Of a stretch of DNA of 64,000 bases, positions 57,555 to 64,000 are shown piece after piece. This DNA comes from the human T2T-CHM13v2.0 reference genome, Homo sapiens, in the NCBI RefSeq assembly GCF_009914755.1, contig NC_060926.1; one strand, given 5' to 3'. Positions within the stretch are counted from its first letter, which is position 1. Every line of letters starts with the position of its first letter. The position numbers were made by a program, and so were the translations under genes. Below the pieces are notes generated by a model that was not told the origin of the DNA, searched no databases, and saw only the letters and a list, made by a program, of their open reading frames with translations.

Positions 57555-58415
57555 AGATTATGCCTAGATTTAGCCTCCTGGTATTCACACCGTTGTGTAG
57601 TCTTCTCCCATGTTGTATGGGGGTTGGTCTGTACACCGATATATACAATGGTAGAAATGGCAGTGTGTGCATTCCAAGGATTGGTCATAAGAGACACTGC
57701 TGTTTCCATCATGGTCTCTTGGCTTACTTGCTCTGTTGTGTCATGGGAACACTTAAGCAAACCTCCAAAAAGGCTTTTATGGGGGAGAAGCTGAATTTAA
57801 TCTGGGCAAATGGACACCCAGCTCGAGAATCTATTTCTGGCTTCCCTGCAGCTGGTTTATTTGTGTGACTTAAGTTCTTGGGAGCAGAAGTAATGTGTGC
57901 ACCTTCTGGTACTTGCCTTTAAAACAGTTTCTTAATCGTTTTTTCATTATCACTCCCATAAGGAGCCTTTTTCGACTTTTCTTCCGTAATTGCTCCCTTG
58001 AAATTTTAATGCCACAGATATACTATATACCCGCATATGCCCTGTATGTATGTATCTGTGCTTTATCCATAAAAAGACTAAAATGTTTTTACCTCTGTAC
58101 CCCCCAGGAACCACCTTTTTTCCCATTGGGGATGATGCTGACCTTGTTGAGAATGCATGCTTTAGACAGACTAGGAATGCTCTCCCTTCATGGGGGCTGG
58201 AAGGCACACATGGTGTAGTGTGCCGGCTTCAACCATGTAGACAGGGGGAATCAAACAACAAGACAGAAAGAACTGGGAGGCATAGACAGCATCACAGAAC
58301 AAAGCTGCTAGCCTATGTCTAGAAAGTTAATTGAGAAAGAAGGGAACTTTGATCTTATTTAAGCCATCTTATTTTGGAACCTTCACTGTAGCAGCTTGGC
58401 CTTTATCCTAACAAA
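57555..58415 (+). mobile_element. MLT1 LTR pieces and a MER112-like hAT element (~57922-58160)
   Basis: CTCCTGGTATTCACACCGTTGTGTAGTC; TTTCATTATCACTCCCATAAGGAGCC...GTTGAGAATGCATG. Confidence 0.6.
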
Positions 58416-58439
58416 TGTGCATCCCATTTTCTTTTTTTT

Positions 58440-58850
58440 AAACAGGAAATTTAATCAAAATAAATTTAATGAGATAAAAATCTATACACTAAATAAAATA
58501 CTGATGACAGAAATTGAAGTAGACACAAATAAATGGAAACATATTCCATTAGGATAACTAATATTGGCAAAGTACCATATTATCCAAAGTTATCTATAGA
58601 TACAATGTGATCTGTATCAATATTTCAGTGGTGTTTTTCACAGTAATAGAAAACAATGGTAGAATTTGAGTGTAACCTTAAGCAACTTCAGTAACCTAAG
58701 CAATCTTGAGAAAGAACAAAGCTGTTGGCACTATACTTCCCGACTTCAAACTTCATTTAAAGGTTATAGTAATTAAGAAAGCACGGTAAGTGTATAAAAA
58801 CAGACACAAAAACCAATGGAACAGAACAGGGAGCCCAGAAGTAAACCTAT
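58440..58850 (+). mobile_element. Old L1 ORF2 fragment
   Basis: GAAATTGAAGTAGACACAAATAAATGGAAAC...AACCAATGGAACAGAA. Confidence 0.8.
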
Positions 58851-59167
58851 ATGCATTGCATTTCTTCAAAACTGCTTCGCTTTAAAAAAGTTTCTCTTCT
58901 GTTAGTTTCATGTCACCAAATTCTGTTTACTCAGCAGTATAGAAATGTTATTTACCCTTTTGCCATCTGCAAATGCCTTATCATTACCAGTACTGTGAAT
59001 TGTATAAATATTAACATCATTGGATCCAAAATTTGGGTATCTCTAAGTGATGTTTTATAATCACTTAACCAAAGTGTTACTATGCTTTATCTCACTGCAT
59101 ATGTTGCTAGTTTGCAGTAGAGTAGTAGTCTTATTGGTTTCTTTAGCCGTTGAAGCAGTAGAGTGTC

Positions 59168-59768
<601 letters not shown>

Positions 59769-60169
59769 TAAATGATATAGTTGCTTAAGCATTTTTGTTC
59801 TGTAAGTTTTTTACTTTTCGTAGGGAAGGATGGCATTGCTAATTTCTTCTCAGATAGACAGAATATGTGCCATGTATTTAAGAGTTATGACACAAACCAG
59901 CTACAGAAACAGAATTTCTCATCCCAGAATTTTCTTGTTTTTTATTATTATTATTATCATTTTTTTCCTTTACAAATTGTAGTTTAGAAAAGTTTAACTC
60001 CTGGTTATCTCTGTTTTATTAGAACCAGGACAGTTTGGATGACAAAAAGTTAGAGGGTAGAGGCTATTAAGAAAACAAAAACAAAACCAGAAAAACGCGG
60101 ACTTTTTAGAAGTAACTGGGTGTTCTGGGCAGTTAACCAAGGTTGGTAGAGGCTGTTAAGACCCAGCTA

Positions 60170-61890
<1,721 letters not shown>

Positions 61891-62184
61891 TCATTTATGA
61901 TATTTTCAATTTAAGCTAAGGAAAACATATAGATAATACCACACAGCAATATGTGTGGTGTCTGAAAATTTTAATCAGTTGAAAAACTTTTGTATTTATT
62001 GCTCATGGAAGGGTCCATATCAAAGGACTCATTTATATAAAAAAAGTCAAAATTTAACAAAAATGGGTAAAAATTTATTGGCTTGATTACGTATAGAAAA
62101 TGCTCCTGAAATAGTAAGTAGTAGGGGTTACCATTGGATATCTTAGTGACAAAGTACTGAAAGGAAATAGACATGAATGAATGA

Positions 62185-63883
<1,699 letters not shown>

Positions 63884-64000
63884 TGTGTTCCTGTTGTTTT
63901 AATTTGTATTTTTTTCAATTTCAAATTTATAATCTCTGATATCATAACTGCTTGTGTTGTATTACATTACTAAAAATAATGCTTAATTCTATTTCTGGCA

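Overview
Primate (very likely human) genomic DNA. Two divergent CpG-rich promoters bracket a ~49 kb repeat-dense intergenic interval. A CCAAT/GC-box promoter at ~1-600 probably drives a minus-strand gene leaving the window. A CpG island at ~49.4-50.1 kb holds a plus-strand first exon (ATG 49664, donor 49780) followed by intron to the window end. I could not name either gene. Most of the sequence is nested transposon debris: about 35 Alus, two near-full-length dead L1PA elements, a truncated L1PA, HAL1/L1M, L2, MIR, MaLR/ERV LTRs and hAT elements. Nearly all supplied ORFs are repeat-derived. Main observations outside routine repeats: (1) spliceable plus-strand exon relics at ~30.6-35.6 kb that assemble into a decayed type II C-type-lectin receptor (ITIM-like motifs, TM segment, neck, CTLD), with one exon broken by an Alu; (2) a decayed Ty3/Gypsy (sushi-like) pol on the minus strand at ~12.8-14.3 kb; (3) a 98-nt near-perfect hairpin at 10491-10588; (4) two local templated duplications. 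All translations and subfamily calls were made by eye and need computational confirmation.
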